Part shown: piece by piece, positions 51,431-63,636 of the stretch | Layout: each line of letters starts with the position of its first letter | Position numbering within the stretch: the stretch's first letter is position 1 | Source of the DNA: Octopus vulgaris | Taxonomy: Eukaryota | Length of the DNA: 64,000 nt | Direction of reading: 5' to 3' | Assembly (NCBI GenBank): GCA_951406725.2 | Contig: OX597825.1 | Coordinates: 25,172,001 to 25,236,000 of the forward strand | Notes under the pieces: generated by a model | The model's database searches: none | Seen by the model: only the letters and a program-made list of their open reading frames with translations | Told to the model about the DNA's origin: nothing | Made by a program: the position numbers and the translations under genes

Positions 51431-52029
51431 TCAGACCTCCCCACAAAATATTCAGACCTAGAAAAGTATATTGTGACTGTTACAGAATATAGAAAGTAAT
51501 GTAACATCAATGACTGTATAATCCAACCAAAATATCTCGGTTACACAAATGTAAAAGAACCTTAATGTACAAATTGAAATGCAAACGAACGAAATGATAA
51601 ATGGATTTATGAATAAAAGTTTGGTAATGGCGTTTATTTCCACCACGCGACACTTATTAATGCAAACATGTTTTAACTAACCTAAACTATACACACACAA
51701 ATACATTCATATATATATGTTTCGAATTGTAGCTGTAATTCAAAGGGACCAGCCTTGTCATATTCTGTGAGGCTGAATCTTCCTGAGAACTACGTTAATG
51801 CTATGCATGTCTGTGGAGTAGTCAGCCATTTGTGAGTTAATTTTATCCTCGTGTGGCAAGGAAAAGTGAAATTAACATCGAATATTTACTGTGTGTATGT
51901 ATCTATGTATGAATTTTTCTTTGATTTTATGTATCTACTTTCTCTATTTCTCTTTTATTTCCTTTGTGTCCCTCATATGTACCTACTTCTCTTGTGATGT
52001 GATAAACATTTAAAAACACAAAATGAACG

Positions 52030-52082
<53 letters not shown>

Positions 52083-52458
52083 TGTCTCTCTGAAACATTT
52101 AAAAATACAAAACGAATGCCGTCACCACTCAGTGTCTCTTTCCCTCTCACTCTCTTTCTCTCTCAGTCTTTCTCTCTCAGTCTTTCTCTCTCACTCTTTC
52201 TTTCTCTCTTTCTCTCTCTCACTCTTTCTCTCTCTTACATCCTATCTGTCCTCCTCTCTCTCTCGCTTTGCCACCTCTTTGAAGTAAGTGTAACGCACAC
52301 AACAGATAGGTACAAAAACAAAGTTAACGTATTAATATTATTGATTATGATAATGATAATAAGAGAATAAATTAAAATAAAGAATATGGCAAAATAAAAT
52401 AAGTAAAATAAAAATTATACATACATACATACATACATATATATATACATATATATTC

Positions 52459-52575
<117 letters not shown>

Positions 52576-53915
52576 AATATATATATATACATAGATAATA
52601 ATATTAGGAGTAAATCCAAACTTACAGGGAAAAATTAGACTTAGGATTAAATCTAATTTTATAGTATAAATATATATTATATTAAATTAGAGATAAAACC
52701 ACTATGAGGGAAATCAAACAGTGAAAATCATAAGCCAATACATAGAAATAAAATTAATTAAAAAATATATAAAATATAAAATATAAAAAATATAAAATTC
52801 CAAATTAAAATATTTCAATTAAAGTTAATATTTTTAAAATTATTTAAATAATTTAAACTTATAAATTTTAAATATATATATATATATATATATCTATACA
52901 ATATGTTACATTACTCGGTAGTCAAGATAAAACTCTGAGTTTCAGATGCCGAAGTGGAAATCCACAACACCATCTCTTCGGTTATCTGGCTATTTGAAAA
53001 CGTTATGAAAAAATACCGTTAAAAATGAAGGGAAATTACTCTGTTATAACTCTGCTTTGCCTGCGTACTTATACATCGCTCGCATTTTTCGTCATAAAAA
53101 TTATATAAAATACATAAAAATATATAAAAATATATAAAAAATATATAAAATCTTCTTGGGACATAACACAGAAAGCATGTTCTATCCGTTTTCTTTAGGG
53201 GACCAAAAACGTAACAGAAATTTAGTCACATGTGGGCATGATCCGAAAAGCTCTGTCCTTGTATTTAGACATGTGGTAGGGTCTAAGCTGCTTTTCCAGA
53301 TAAGCCATCTCTCCATGTCGCATAAACCGCACCTTCCGCTGCCGTTAGTGTAGGGCTTACATCTGGCCAAAATCTTCCATTGTATGTTATAATCGACACC
53401 TTTATCTCTTAAAGACCAAATATGATTGGATAATTGTGTCGCTTTTCTTTTGTTCCAGTGCCTAAAGCTCAAAGTGTGGTTATTGAACCTGGCCTTGAAA
53501 TTACCCTCTGTCAGGCCCACGTATTTCTTCGTCGAAACGGTGTCTTTAGTGGTTATAGAGTTTACGGTAGCTTCATATATGATGGTCTTGGACATGCAAG
53601 CTCCATTTAGCGGGCACAATTCTTTATTCCTGCATGAACAGCTGTTTTCTTCTTGTGTTTTTTGTATGTTATGATTGATTATGTTTTTAAAATTGGTAGT
53701 TGAACTAAAACTAATTTTTAAATTGTGTCTATTGAAGAGTTTCCTATAAGCATGGTTAACTGGAAAATGTCTATCTATCAGTGCTAGGAAATATTTACCT
53801 ATATTGAAGGCCACCTCGGGTGAGTAAGGGGGCGTAAACCAGATGACCTTCCTATTTCTATTATTCCTTTTCCTTACTGTTGGGCTGGTGATAGGTGTAT
53901 ATTTTATTTTTTTCT

Positions 53916-54720
53916 TTCAGCTAACATCTAATGAGGACATCTTCAATAGCGTTGCCCCAGTTTATAATAAAGCTTTAAAAGATAGTGGTTTTAGCGAAAA
54001 AATAAAATATACACCTATCACCAGCCCAACAATAAGGAAAAGGAATAATAGAAATAGGAAGGTCATCTGGTTTACGCCCCCTTACTCACCCGAGGTGGCC
54101 TTCAATATAGGTAAATATTTCCTAGCACTGATAGATAGACATTTTCCAGTTAACCATGCTTATAGGAAACTCTTCAATAGACACAATTTAAAAATTAGTT
54201 TTAGTTCAACTACCAATTTTAAAAACATAATCAATCATAACATACAAAAAACACAAGAAGAAAACAGCTGTTCATGCAGGAATAAAGAATTGTGCCCGCT
54301 AAATGGAGCTTGCATGTCCAAGACCATCATATATGAAGCTACCGTAAACTCTATAACCACTAAAGACACCGTTTCGACGAAGAAATACGTGGGCCTGACA
54401 GAGGGTAATTTCAAGGCCAGGTTCAATAACCACACTTTGAGCTTTAGGCACTGGAACAAAAGAAAAGCGACACAATTATCCAATCATATTTGGTCTTTAA
54501 GAGATAAAGGTGTCGATTATAACATACAATGGAAGATTTTGGCCAGATGTAAGCCCTACACTAACGGCAGCGGAAGGTGCGGTTTATGCGACATGGAGAG
54601 ATGGCTTATCTGGAAAAGCAGCTTAGACCCTACCACATGTCTAAATACAAGGACAGAGCTTTTCGGATCATGCCCACATGTGACTAAATTTCTGTTACGT
54701 TTTGGTCCCCTAAAGAAAAC
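53916..54720 (+). pseudogene. PLE RT-thumb, Cys-rich linker and GIY-YIG endonuclease (RT core absent)
   Basis: YNKALKDSGF...RKVIWFTPPYS...CSC.NKELCPLNGAC..TIIYEATV...KYVGLTEGNFKARFNNH...LSNHIW...RCGLCDME; mirrored by the minus-strand ORF 53182-53814. Confidence 0.88.
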
Positions 54721-54920
54721 GGATAGAACATGCTTTTCTGTGTTATGTCCCAAGAAGATTTTATATATTTTTATATATTTTTATATATTTTTATGTATTT
54801 TATATAATTTTTATGACGAAAAATGCGAGCGATGTATAAGTACGCAGGCAAAGCAGAGTTATAACAGAGTAATTTCCCTTCATTTTTAACGGTATTTTTT
54901 CATAACGTTTTCAAATAGCC

Positions 54921-54983
54921 AGATAACCGAAGAGATGGTGTTGTGGATTTCCACTTCGGCATCTGAAACTCAGAGTTTTATCT
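54921..54983 (+). ncRNA. Hammerhead-like motif in the PLE 3' end (mirror copy 52925-52987, minus strand)
   Basis: AGATAA-CCGAAGA-GATG...CATC-T-GAAA-CTCAGAG-TT-TTATCT; perfect 6-bp stem I; internal GTGGA-TT-TCCAC hairpin. Confidence 0.65.
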
Positions 54984-55079
54984 TGACTACCGAGTAATGT
55001 AACATATTGTATAGATAAATTTCCTCTATTTACATAATATTGAGGTCTCTTTCTTTCTTTTGTTATCTTACCGTTTTAT

Positions 55080-55125
<46 letters not shown>

Positions 55126-55458
55126 TATTATTATTATTATTTTATTTTATTTATTTATTTATTTATTTAGAAATTTTTTTAAAATTTATTTATTTATTTT
55201 TTAAAATTATATAACTATCAAAAAGTATTAAAAGTTTAATATAAGATAAAGATAAAGATATTGGTGGGTTTCTTACCTTAAAAATTAATACTTTAAAATT
55301 AGAATTAATATTTAACATTATAATCGATGTTTTGATATAATCATAATCGTTAAGTTTCTAGTTTGATAATATAATTTTTTATAAGTAAAATTATTATATT
55401 GTTTATTTCTTAAAAATATTGTTTAAATATTTCTGATTATTTATTAAAATATTACAAT

Positions 55459-55555
55459 TAACCTGAAGATTGACTGTAACCATAATTCGAATTATTAATT
55501 GAATTTAAATTATTGTTATTCGAATTGGTTAAGGGCATGAGACGATCGTAGTGTT
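55459..55555 (+). ncRNA. Degenerate hammerhead-like motif with long stem II
   Basis: CTGAAGA...TAACCATAATTCGAAT...ATTCGAATTGGTTA...GAGA-CGATCG-TA-GT; palindromic stem III, GAAA mutated to GAGA, weak stem I. Confidence 0.4.
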
Positions 55556-55663
55556 TTTACTCTTTATCTTATATTAAACTTTTAATACTTTTTGATAGTT
55601 ATATAATTTAAAAAAATAAAATAAATAAAATAAATAAATAAATAAAATAAAATAAAATAATAA

Positions 55664-55720
<57 letters not shown>

Positions 55721-55929
55721 AAATTTATAAGTTTAAATTATTTAAATAAGTTTTTAAATTTTAACTTTAATTTAAATATTTTAATTTGGAATTTTATATT
55801 TTTTATATTTTATATTTTATATTTTTTTTAATTAATTTTATTTCTATGTATTGGCTTATGGTTTTCACTGTTTGATTTGCCTAATAGTGGTTTTATCTCA
55901 AATTTAATATAATATATACATATACATAC

Positions 55930-56103
55930 TTACCTTCGAAACACGCATTGAGTCGAACCAGGGGCAGCTGATGAAGGGGAATTTTACTTGTATTGTTTGT
56001 CCTGTACTCCGTTTTTTCGTTGTTAAAAAAAGTCCGTTTCCTTGTTTGATTTTGTTTTCGTTTCTCGTTGTGTTCTTCGTTTATTTGTGGTGTTCTGTAC
56101 TCA
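55930..56103 (+). mobile_element. Short repeat related to 26388-26548
   Basis: Similarity to the 26.4-kb copy; contains CGAAA and CTGATGA boxes. Confidence 0.5.
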
Positions 56104-56117
56104 TATATATATATATA

Positions 56118-56460
56118 CTAGCAGTATCGCCCGGCGTTGCTCGGGTTTGTAAGGGAAATAACTATAGAAGCATTTTTAGAGAGTTACTTCCCTTATAGAT
56201 GCAAATTCGGGCTTTCTTAGCCATTTCTGTTTTGGTGTCTTCAAGCCATTAAGTCGTTGTTCTAAAAGAACGCTGGTCTCCTTGACAACGCATTACGACG
56301 TTGATTTCTTTACACTTCCTTCCCCACAGCTTCACGAGGGAGGGAAGGGGGAGAAGATAATCACGACTATAAGATATCCGAATTTGGTTAAACTGCACCG
56401 CAAAATGTGGGAGGAGTTAGGAATCTAAATCGTAGGAGACAGACACTCACACAACTACAG

Positions 56461-56470
<10 letters not shown>
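56118..56470 (-). mobile_element. Non-autonomous Helitron
   Basis: 3' hairpin CCCGAGCAACGCCGGG plus CTAG; ends shared with the 11397 and 42680 copies, different interior. Confidence 0.75.
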
Positions 56471-56498
<28 letters not shown>

Positions 56499-56595
56499 TT
56501 GTATATATATATGTATGTATATATACATGTAGATGTAAGTATGTACATATATGTATGTATATATGCATATATTTTATTTATTTATTATGTTGTTA

Positions 56596-56793
56596 TTATA
56601 TATATATACATATATACATATATACACATATACATATATACACATATACATATATACATATATACACATATACATATATACATATATACACATATACATA
56701 TATACATATATACACATATACATATATACATATATACACATATACATATATACATATATACACATATACATATATACATATATACATATATAC

Positions 56794-56826
<33 letters not shown>

Positions 56827-56975
56827 CATATATACATACATATACATATATACATATACATATACATATATACATATATATATACATATATACATATTTA
56901 TACATATATATATATATACATATATACATATACACATACATATATATATATGTATGTATATATATATATATATAG
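56596..56975. repeat. Compound (TA)/(TACA) microsatellite with a 24-bp higher-order unit
   Basis: CATATATACACATATACATATATA repeated about six times. Confidence 0.9.
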
Positions 56976-57379
56976 TTAATCCCAAAAAGATTATATGTAT
57001 ATACACACGTATACATACACACACATACATATACGTGTGTGTGTAGATAAATGTCTAAGATAACAAATCTCACAGGGACGTGAACCAAATCCCAGAATAA
57101 AATGATAAATGCAAAATATATGTGACAGTACTTCGGTGAATGTGATTATCGGGTATGATTTAAAGAAAGATATTGCAAGAGAATCTAAGGGCAGGAATAA
57201 TGAGGGGTTGGGGGGGAACACGTTAAATATATTATGGAAGCTCATAAGTATCAGTAAATTTCTCTCACACAATAATCTGTTTCTTGAAGTCCCACTCCTG
57301 GTGGAAAGCTAAAAGGTAGGTAAGGAAGATTTAGAGTACGGAGATGTAAAAATTTTGAAATTTTTGGAATAAAAATTTT

Positions 57380-58293
57380 CTGGCTGTGTGGTAAGTAGCT
57401 TGCTTACCAACCACATGGCTCCGGGTTCAGTCCCACAGCGTGGTACCTTGGGCAAGTGTCTTCTACTATAGCCTCGGGCCGACCAGAGCCTTGAGAGTGG
57501 ATTTGGTAGACGGAAACTGAAAGAAGCCCGTCCTATATATGTATCATCGTTTAACGTCCGTCTTCCATGCTGGCATGGGTTGGACGGTTTGATTGGGGAC
57601 TGGCGAGCCAGGAGGCTGCCCCAGGCTCCAATCTGATCTGGCAATGTTTCTATAGCTGGATGCCCTTCCTAAAACCAACCACTCCAAGAGTGTAGTGGGT
57701 GCTTTTTACGTGCCACTGGCATGGGAGCCAGTCAGGTGGTACTGGCATCAGCCACGTTCGGATGGTGTTTTTTTTACATGTTACCAGCAGAGGAGCCAGT
57801 CGAAGTGGCGGGGTCTGGCATCGACCACTTTCAGAAGGTGCTTTTTATGTGCCACCGGGAAGGGGATGAAAATAAATTTTCTTTTTAAATATTACACAGT
57901 AGCTTGCTTACGAACCACATGATTCCGGGTTCAGTCCCACTGCGTGGCACCTAGGCCAAGTGTCTTCTACTATAGCCTCGGGCCGACCAAAGCCTTGTGA
58001 GTGGATCTGAAAGACGGAAACTGAAAGAAGCCCATCGTATATATGTATATATATGTATGTGTGTGTATATGTTTGTGTGTCTGTGTTTGTCCCCCCACCA
58101 TCACTTGGCAAACAATGCTGGTGTGTTTATGTCCCCGTAACTTAGCAGTTCGGCAAAAAAGACCGATAGAATAAGTACTAGGCTCACAAAGACTAAGTCC
58201 TGGGGTCGATTTGCTCGACTAAATGCGGTGCTCCAGTATGGCCACAGTCAAATGACTGAAACAAGTAAAAGATGTTGGACACACACACACACA

Positions 58294-58359
<66 letters not shown>

Positions 58360-58525
58360 CGACGGGATTCTTTCAGTTTCTGTCTACCAAATTCACTCAC
58401 AAGGCTTTGGTTGGCTCAAGGCTATAGTAGAAGACACTCACTCAAGGTGCCACGCAGTGGGACTGAACCCGGAACCATGTGGTTGGTAAGCAAGCTACTT
58501 ACCACACAGCCACTCCTGCGCCTAT
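57380..58525. mobile_element. Cluster: partial SINE A (+, 57380-57535), RTE 3' end (-, 57543-57860), SINE A (+, 57898-58270), partial SINE A (-, 58358-58525)
   Basis: Matches to the family sequences described above. Confidence 0.85.
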
Positions 58526-59797
58526 AAAGTGTAATACTTTAAAAAAATAATTTTTATGGGGGCGGGTGTACAAAAGGAAACCTTTCCAAAGGTCGATAGA
58601 ATAAGTACTAGGCTTAAAAGAAATAAGTACTGAGGCTAGTTTGTTCCAGTAACCTCTTCAAGGTGTTGCCTCAGCAATGACTGAAACAAGTAAATGATAA
58701 AAAGACAAATATGCATAAAAACTTCGTGTGAAATCACTAAAAGAATAAGATTAATGTGTGTGTACGTATGTATGTAGTGTGTGTGTGTGTATGTGTGTGT
58801 GTGTGTGTATGTGTGTACGAATCTGTGCTTATCTATATAGGTAAGTAGGTTGGTAGGTATGTTTAATTTATGTAACAGGGGCCTATGATTGAGAGACAAA
58901 GGAACTGAATATTGATACTAAACTGGGATCTTAAACTGCCCACCCCACGCTCTCTTCTCTCTCTATCTTTGTGTCTGTCTGTCTCTCTCTGTCTCTCTGT
59001 CTCTCTCTCTCTGTCTCTCTCTCTCTCTCTCTTCCCCCTCTCTCCATCACCCTCTCTGTTCTGGCGACAAGCACAGAACAATTAAACAATCGGCTCGGAA
59101 TAATTTTAAATAACAGAAATGAGAAGAGACAATAAAATGTTTTAAACTAATAACCCAACTATTTTTAGATAACAATAAAGTCACCATTGCATGTGATCCT
59201 TGCACGTGATCCCTAGAGCGTAAAAGCAAGGACCTCTACATGGTCACACGGCCTGCAAGAAATAGCAGCCAAATTTCCTTCAGATCACATCTTGTCATCA
59301 TAATCTTTTAGCATTTAGGTTATTGCCAAACGAAATGCTTATTTATTCACATTATTTTGAATTAATCATGCATTGTCTCATAGCTTTGAGATTTCAATGA
59401 TATGATTGCTTACTTTTAAACTGACATTGTAGGGCAGGTGTGAAAGGGCGGATCTGACACGTTTTAAAATTAAACAAGCTGAACATCTTGAGCTGAATAT
59501 GACTAATTTAAATGCTAAAATGTTTAAGGACACATTGGATAATGTAACCCCCTTAAAGGGTTGGAATGTCGTTAATTATACATAAGCCTGACCTGTAGCT
59601 AAATATATGAAATTAACACCACTGACCACGTATGGTGCTTAAAAGAGGAGGGTGGAGGCAGTAAGGGCAGTCCACCCTGTGTGGAACTTTTAAAGGGCCA
59701 CCACTTTGGGGGTCTGCTGTAGGAGTATGCGTTTTTTGTGGGGTTCAGGGGTGGCAAACGGAAGGACCGCCCCAGGCGGCACACACCCTAGCTGCGC

Positions 59798-59915
59798 TAG
59801 TGAGGGTATACCATACATAATTAAATGGAAGATCCTCAAACAACCCGGGTCATATACCAGTGGGTGCAAACGATGTGAGCCTTGCTTGGCCGAGCGAGCA
59901 AGAATCCTGAAAAAC
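59798..59915 (+). mobile_element. PLE endonuclease C-terminal remnant
   Basis: EGIPYIIKWKILKQPGSYTSGCKRCEPCLAERARILK aligns with KGVDYNIQWKILARCKPYTNGSGRCGLCDMERWLIWK of the 54-kb PLE. Confidence 0.7.
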
Positions 59916-60057
59916 TGTTGCTTACATGCCCCATGCTGGAGCACTGCCTTGAAGGGTTTTAGTTAAACAAATTGACCCAAGGACTTTTTTTAAAGCCTGG
60001 TACATATTCTGTCAGTCATTTTTGCCAAACTACTAAGTTACAGGGACATAAACTAAT

Positions 60058-60530
60058 CCAGGTAAAAAAAAAAAAGTCGCAGGTTAAAAAGTTACAGGAA
60101 AAAAAGTCATGGAAAAAAAGTCACAGGGGAAAAAAAGCAGGTAAAAAAAAAAGGACAACAGTAGCATTGTTTCTGTGTCTTTCTCTAATAGAAAGGTTAA
60201 CTGTCAAATTCTCACCTTTTTAAGGTTAATATGTTAATCAGTTTCTGTAAAGGAATACGTAGGGTTCCCAAACTGGGTTCGGGAACAGAGTATAATATCC
60301 ATGCTGAGTTTCATTTGTTTTGAGGCATGATTGAAGCTCTAGCTTTTTTTTTCCCCTAGAAGACATAAATGATGGAATGAGATACCTCAGAACTGTCATT
60401 CCACAATATCCACCTGAAGCCAAGGAGTTGCTCATGTACTTTAATTGTACATATGTTAGTGGCTCCTTTCAACTGATTCAGCAGCCAATTGCCATGTCCA
60501 GTGATGCCCTGACGCCTCTGAGAAAAATAG
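60058..60530 (+). mobile_element. Mutator/MULE remnant
   Basis: Subterminal-like AAAAAGTCACAGG repeats (60058-60158); PLEDINDGMRYLRTVIP...ELLMYFNCTYVSG resembles the MULE LAFLP...YFxxTYV segment. Confidence 0.55.
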
Positions 60531-60558
60531 CACATATAGATATATACATACATATTTC

Positions 60559-60589
<31 letters not shown>

Positions 60590-60621
60590 TTAAAAAAAGG
60601 AGATGTGGAACATGAGTTGTG

Positions 60622-60948
60622 ATATATAAAAAAAGGAAATGAAGAAAATGCTGACAAAATAATTTAAGTAAGGGAGAGTGTATTTAATTAGGTGAAAGTT
60701 CTTTTTACCGGTTGCACATTTGTTATGCTTATCAAAAGATATTTTTTTAAGAGAGATAGAGTTCCATTCTGATAGATTTTCTGATAAGAGAAAAATCTAT
60801 CAGAAAGGAACTCTATCTCTCTTAAAAAATATCTTTTGATAAGCATAACAAATGCGCAACCGGTAAAAAGAACTTTCACCTAATTAAATACACTCTCCTT
60901 ACTTAAATTATTTTGTCATTATTTTCTTCATTTCCTTTTTTTATATAT
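60622..60948. repeat. Near-perfect inverted repeat (~160-bp arms, ~10-nt loop)
   Basis: ...GAGAGATAGAGTTCCATTCTGATAGATTTT-CTGATAAGAGA-AAAATCTATCAGAAAGGAACTCTATCTCTC... extends out to AAAAAAAGGAAATGAAGAAAAT / ATTTTCTTCATTTCCTTTTTTT. Confidence 0.95.
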
Positions 60949-60959
60949 TTATATATAAA

Positions 60960-63258
60960 AAAAAATCAAAACAAATCAAAATAGATGAACATCAATGGAA
61001 TTTGTATCTTTGTGGTACCAGTGCCAGTGGAACACAAGAATCCATCCGAACGTGGCCGTAGTCAGTACCGCTTGTGGTACCAGTGCCGGTGGCACACAAG
61101 AATCCATCCGAACGTGGCCGTAGTCAGTACCGCATCACTGGCCATCTTGCTGTGGGCACATAACAAACACCATCCGGTCGTGGCCGTTCGCCAGCCTCAT
61201 CTAGCACCTGTGTCGGTGGCACATAAAAAGTAGTCAGTACCGCTTGTGGTACCAGTGCCGGTGGCACACAAGAATCCATCCGAACATGGCCGTAGTCAGT
61301 ACCGCATCACTGGCCATCGTGCTGTGGGCACATAACAAACACCATCCAGTCGTGGCCGTTCGCCAGCCTCATCTAGCACATGTGTCGGTGGCACATAAAA
61401 ACACCATCCGAAGACCCGGCAAGACTAGTCAGGCCATAAACCATGGCCCCTACCTGGGACGTAGTCAGTCCACCTGTCCACCTGTGCATACCTTCCTCCT
61501 TGTGATACTTGTGAAGGCCTGTTGAGGCAAGTGAAAATCAAAATCAAAATCAAATCAAAACAAATCAAAATAGATGAACATCAATGGAATTTGTATCTTT
61601 GTGGTACCAGTGCCGGTGGCACACAAGAATCCATCCGAACATGGCCGTAGTCAGTACCGCATCACTGGCCTCCTGGTGCATGACAACACCATCCGATGTG
61701 CCCATCTATGGCACAACACCATCCTTGTGATACTTGTGAAGGCCTGTTGAGGCAAGTGAAAATCAAAATCAAAATCAAATCAAAACAAATCAAAATAGAT
61801 GAACATCAATGGAATTTGTATCTTTGTGGTACCAGTGCCGGTGGCACACAAGAGAAAACCATCCGAAAGTGGCCGTAGCCAGTACCGCATCGACTGGCCT
61901 CCGTGCTGTGGGCACATGACAAACACCATCCGATCGTGGCCGTTCGCCAGCCTCATCTAGCACCTGTGTCGGTGGCACAAAAACACCATCCGAAGACCCG
62001 GCAAGACTAGTCAGGCCATAACCCATGGCCCCTACCTGGGACGTAGTCAGTCCACCTGTGCATACCTTCCTTCTTGTGACACTTGTGAAGACCTGTTGAG
62101 GCAAGTGAAAATCAAAATCAAAATCAAAACAAATCAAAATAGATGAACATCAATGGAATCTGTATCTTTGTGGTACCAGTGCCGGTGGCACACACTTTGT
62201 GGTACCAGTGCTGGTGGCACACAAGAGAACCATCCGAACGTGGCCGTAGCCAGTTCCGCATCGACCGGCCTCCGTGCTGTGGGCACGTAACAAACACCAT
62301 CCGATCATGGCCGTTCGCCAGCCACATCTGGCACCTGTGTCGGTGGCACATAAAAACACCTTCCGAAGACCCGGCAGGACTAGTCAGTCCACCTGTGCAT
62401 ACCTTCCTTCTTGTGACACTTGTGAAGACTGGTTGAGGCAAGTGAAAATCAAATCAAATCAAATCAAAATAGACAAAATAGATGAACATCAATGGAATTT
62501 GTATCTTGTGGTACCAGTGCCTGTGGCACACAAGAAATCCATCAGTGCTGTAGTCAGTGCGGTGGGCACATGACAAACACCATCCGATCGTGGCCGTTCG
62601 CCAGCCTCATCTAGCACCTGTGTCGGTGGCACATAAAAACACCATCCGAAGACCCGGCAAGACTAGTCAGGCCATAACCCATGGCCCCTACCTGGGACGT
62701 AGTCAGTCCACCTGTGCATACCTTCCTTCTTGTGACACTTGTGAAGACCTTTTGAGGCAAGTGAAAATCAAAACAAATCAAAATAGATGAACATCAATGG
62801 AATTTGTATCTTTGTGGTAACACAAGAAAACCATCCGAACGTGGCCGTAGCCAGTACCGCATCGACTGGCCTCCGTGCTGTGGGCACGTAACAAGCACCA
62901 TCCGATCGTGGCCGTTTGCCAGCCTCATCTGGCACCTGTGTCGGTGGCACATAAAAACACCATCCGAGCGTGGCCGTCTGCCAGCCTCGTCTGGCACCTG
63001 TGTCGGTGGCACATAAAAAACACCATCCGAGCGTGGCCGTTTGCCAGCCTCGTCTGGCACCTGTGTCGGTGGCACATAAAATCACCCACTACACTCTCGG
63101 AGTGGTTGGCGTTAGGAAGGGCATCCAGCTGTAGAAACACTGCCAGATCTGACTGGACTGGTGCAGCTTTCGGGCTCCCCAGACCCCAGTTGAACCGTCC
63201 AACCCATGCTAGCATGGAAAGCGGACGTTAAATGATGATGATGATGATGATGATGATA
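60960..63258 (+). repeat. Tandem array (~6 variable units) built from an RTE-type 3'UTR, ending in the LINE tail
   Basis: AAAATAGATGAACATCAATGGAAT recurs at ~60980, 61570, 61795, 62140, 62478 and 62783; terminal CCAACCCATGCTAGCATGGAAAGCGGACGTTAAA(TGA)n at 63199-63257. Confidence 0.88.
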
Positions 63259-63261
63259 TAT

Positions 63262-63296
<35 letters not shown>

Positions 63297-63636
63297 CTGA
63301 AAGGTGTTTTGTTGTATGCGTATAATTCTTGCTTTCTCTTTGTTTCCATTCTTGTTTTGTTCTTGTATACATTCGTTTGCTTTTCCCAGAGGCTTAAAGC
63401 TTTTAGCTTAAGTCTTTGGCACCTTGCTGGATTTGTATAGTCTTAGTAGTAAACAGGTGTGAAACTATAATGACTTTGCTAAAACCGGCTGATGAGGAAA
63501 TCTGCTGCAAATGGTCCATGTATCTTGTTTCTGTCCTGTTTGCTATTGTTATGTTATCGTCTACGTTATTGCTTATCTTACCTTTGATTTATCGATGCGG
63601 CGTGCCGTACAACCTGTTGTTTATTTTGTTAAAAGA

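Larger units (their letters stand above)
52891..55075 (+). mobile_element. Penelope-like element, 5'-truncated, with a ~1-kb inverted duplication
   Basis: Left arm 52891-53912 is the reverse complement of 53997-55017, with an ~84-bp spacer of PLE coding sequence. Confidence 0.92.

Noticed and set aside
53843-54889. 348-aa ORF as an intact gene
   Set aside because: The ATG and first ~23 codons come from the inverted arm, the RT core is missing, and the C-terminal extension depends on a 1-nt indel relative to the other arm
54810-54890. Possible SECIS element (some PLEs encode selenoproteins)
   Set aside because: ATGA is present, but I could not draw the canonical helix and AA loop, and the retained ORF has no in-frame TGA; SECISearch would settle it
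56495-57088. Long ORFs rich in Y/I/H/T (also at 31.4, 34.2, 48.6 and 52.3 kb)
   Set aside because: Translations of (TA)n, (TACA)n and (GATA)n microsatellites, not proteins
59306-59520. Short TIR pair TTTAGCATTTA / TAAATGCTAAA
   Set aside because: Only 11 AT-rich bp and a single copy in the window; insufficient to call a MITE
60960-63090. Repeat array superficially like a CRISPR
   Set aside because: No unique spacers, units long and variable, derived from a LINE 3'UTR, no cas genes, eukaryotic context
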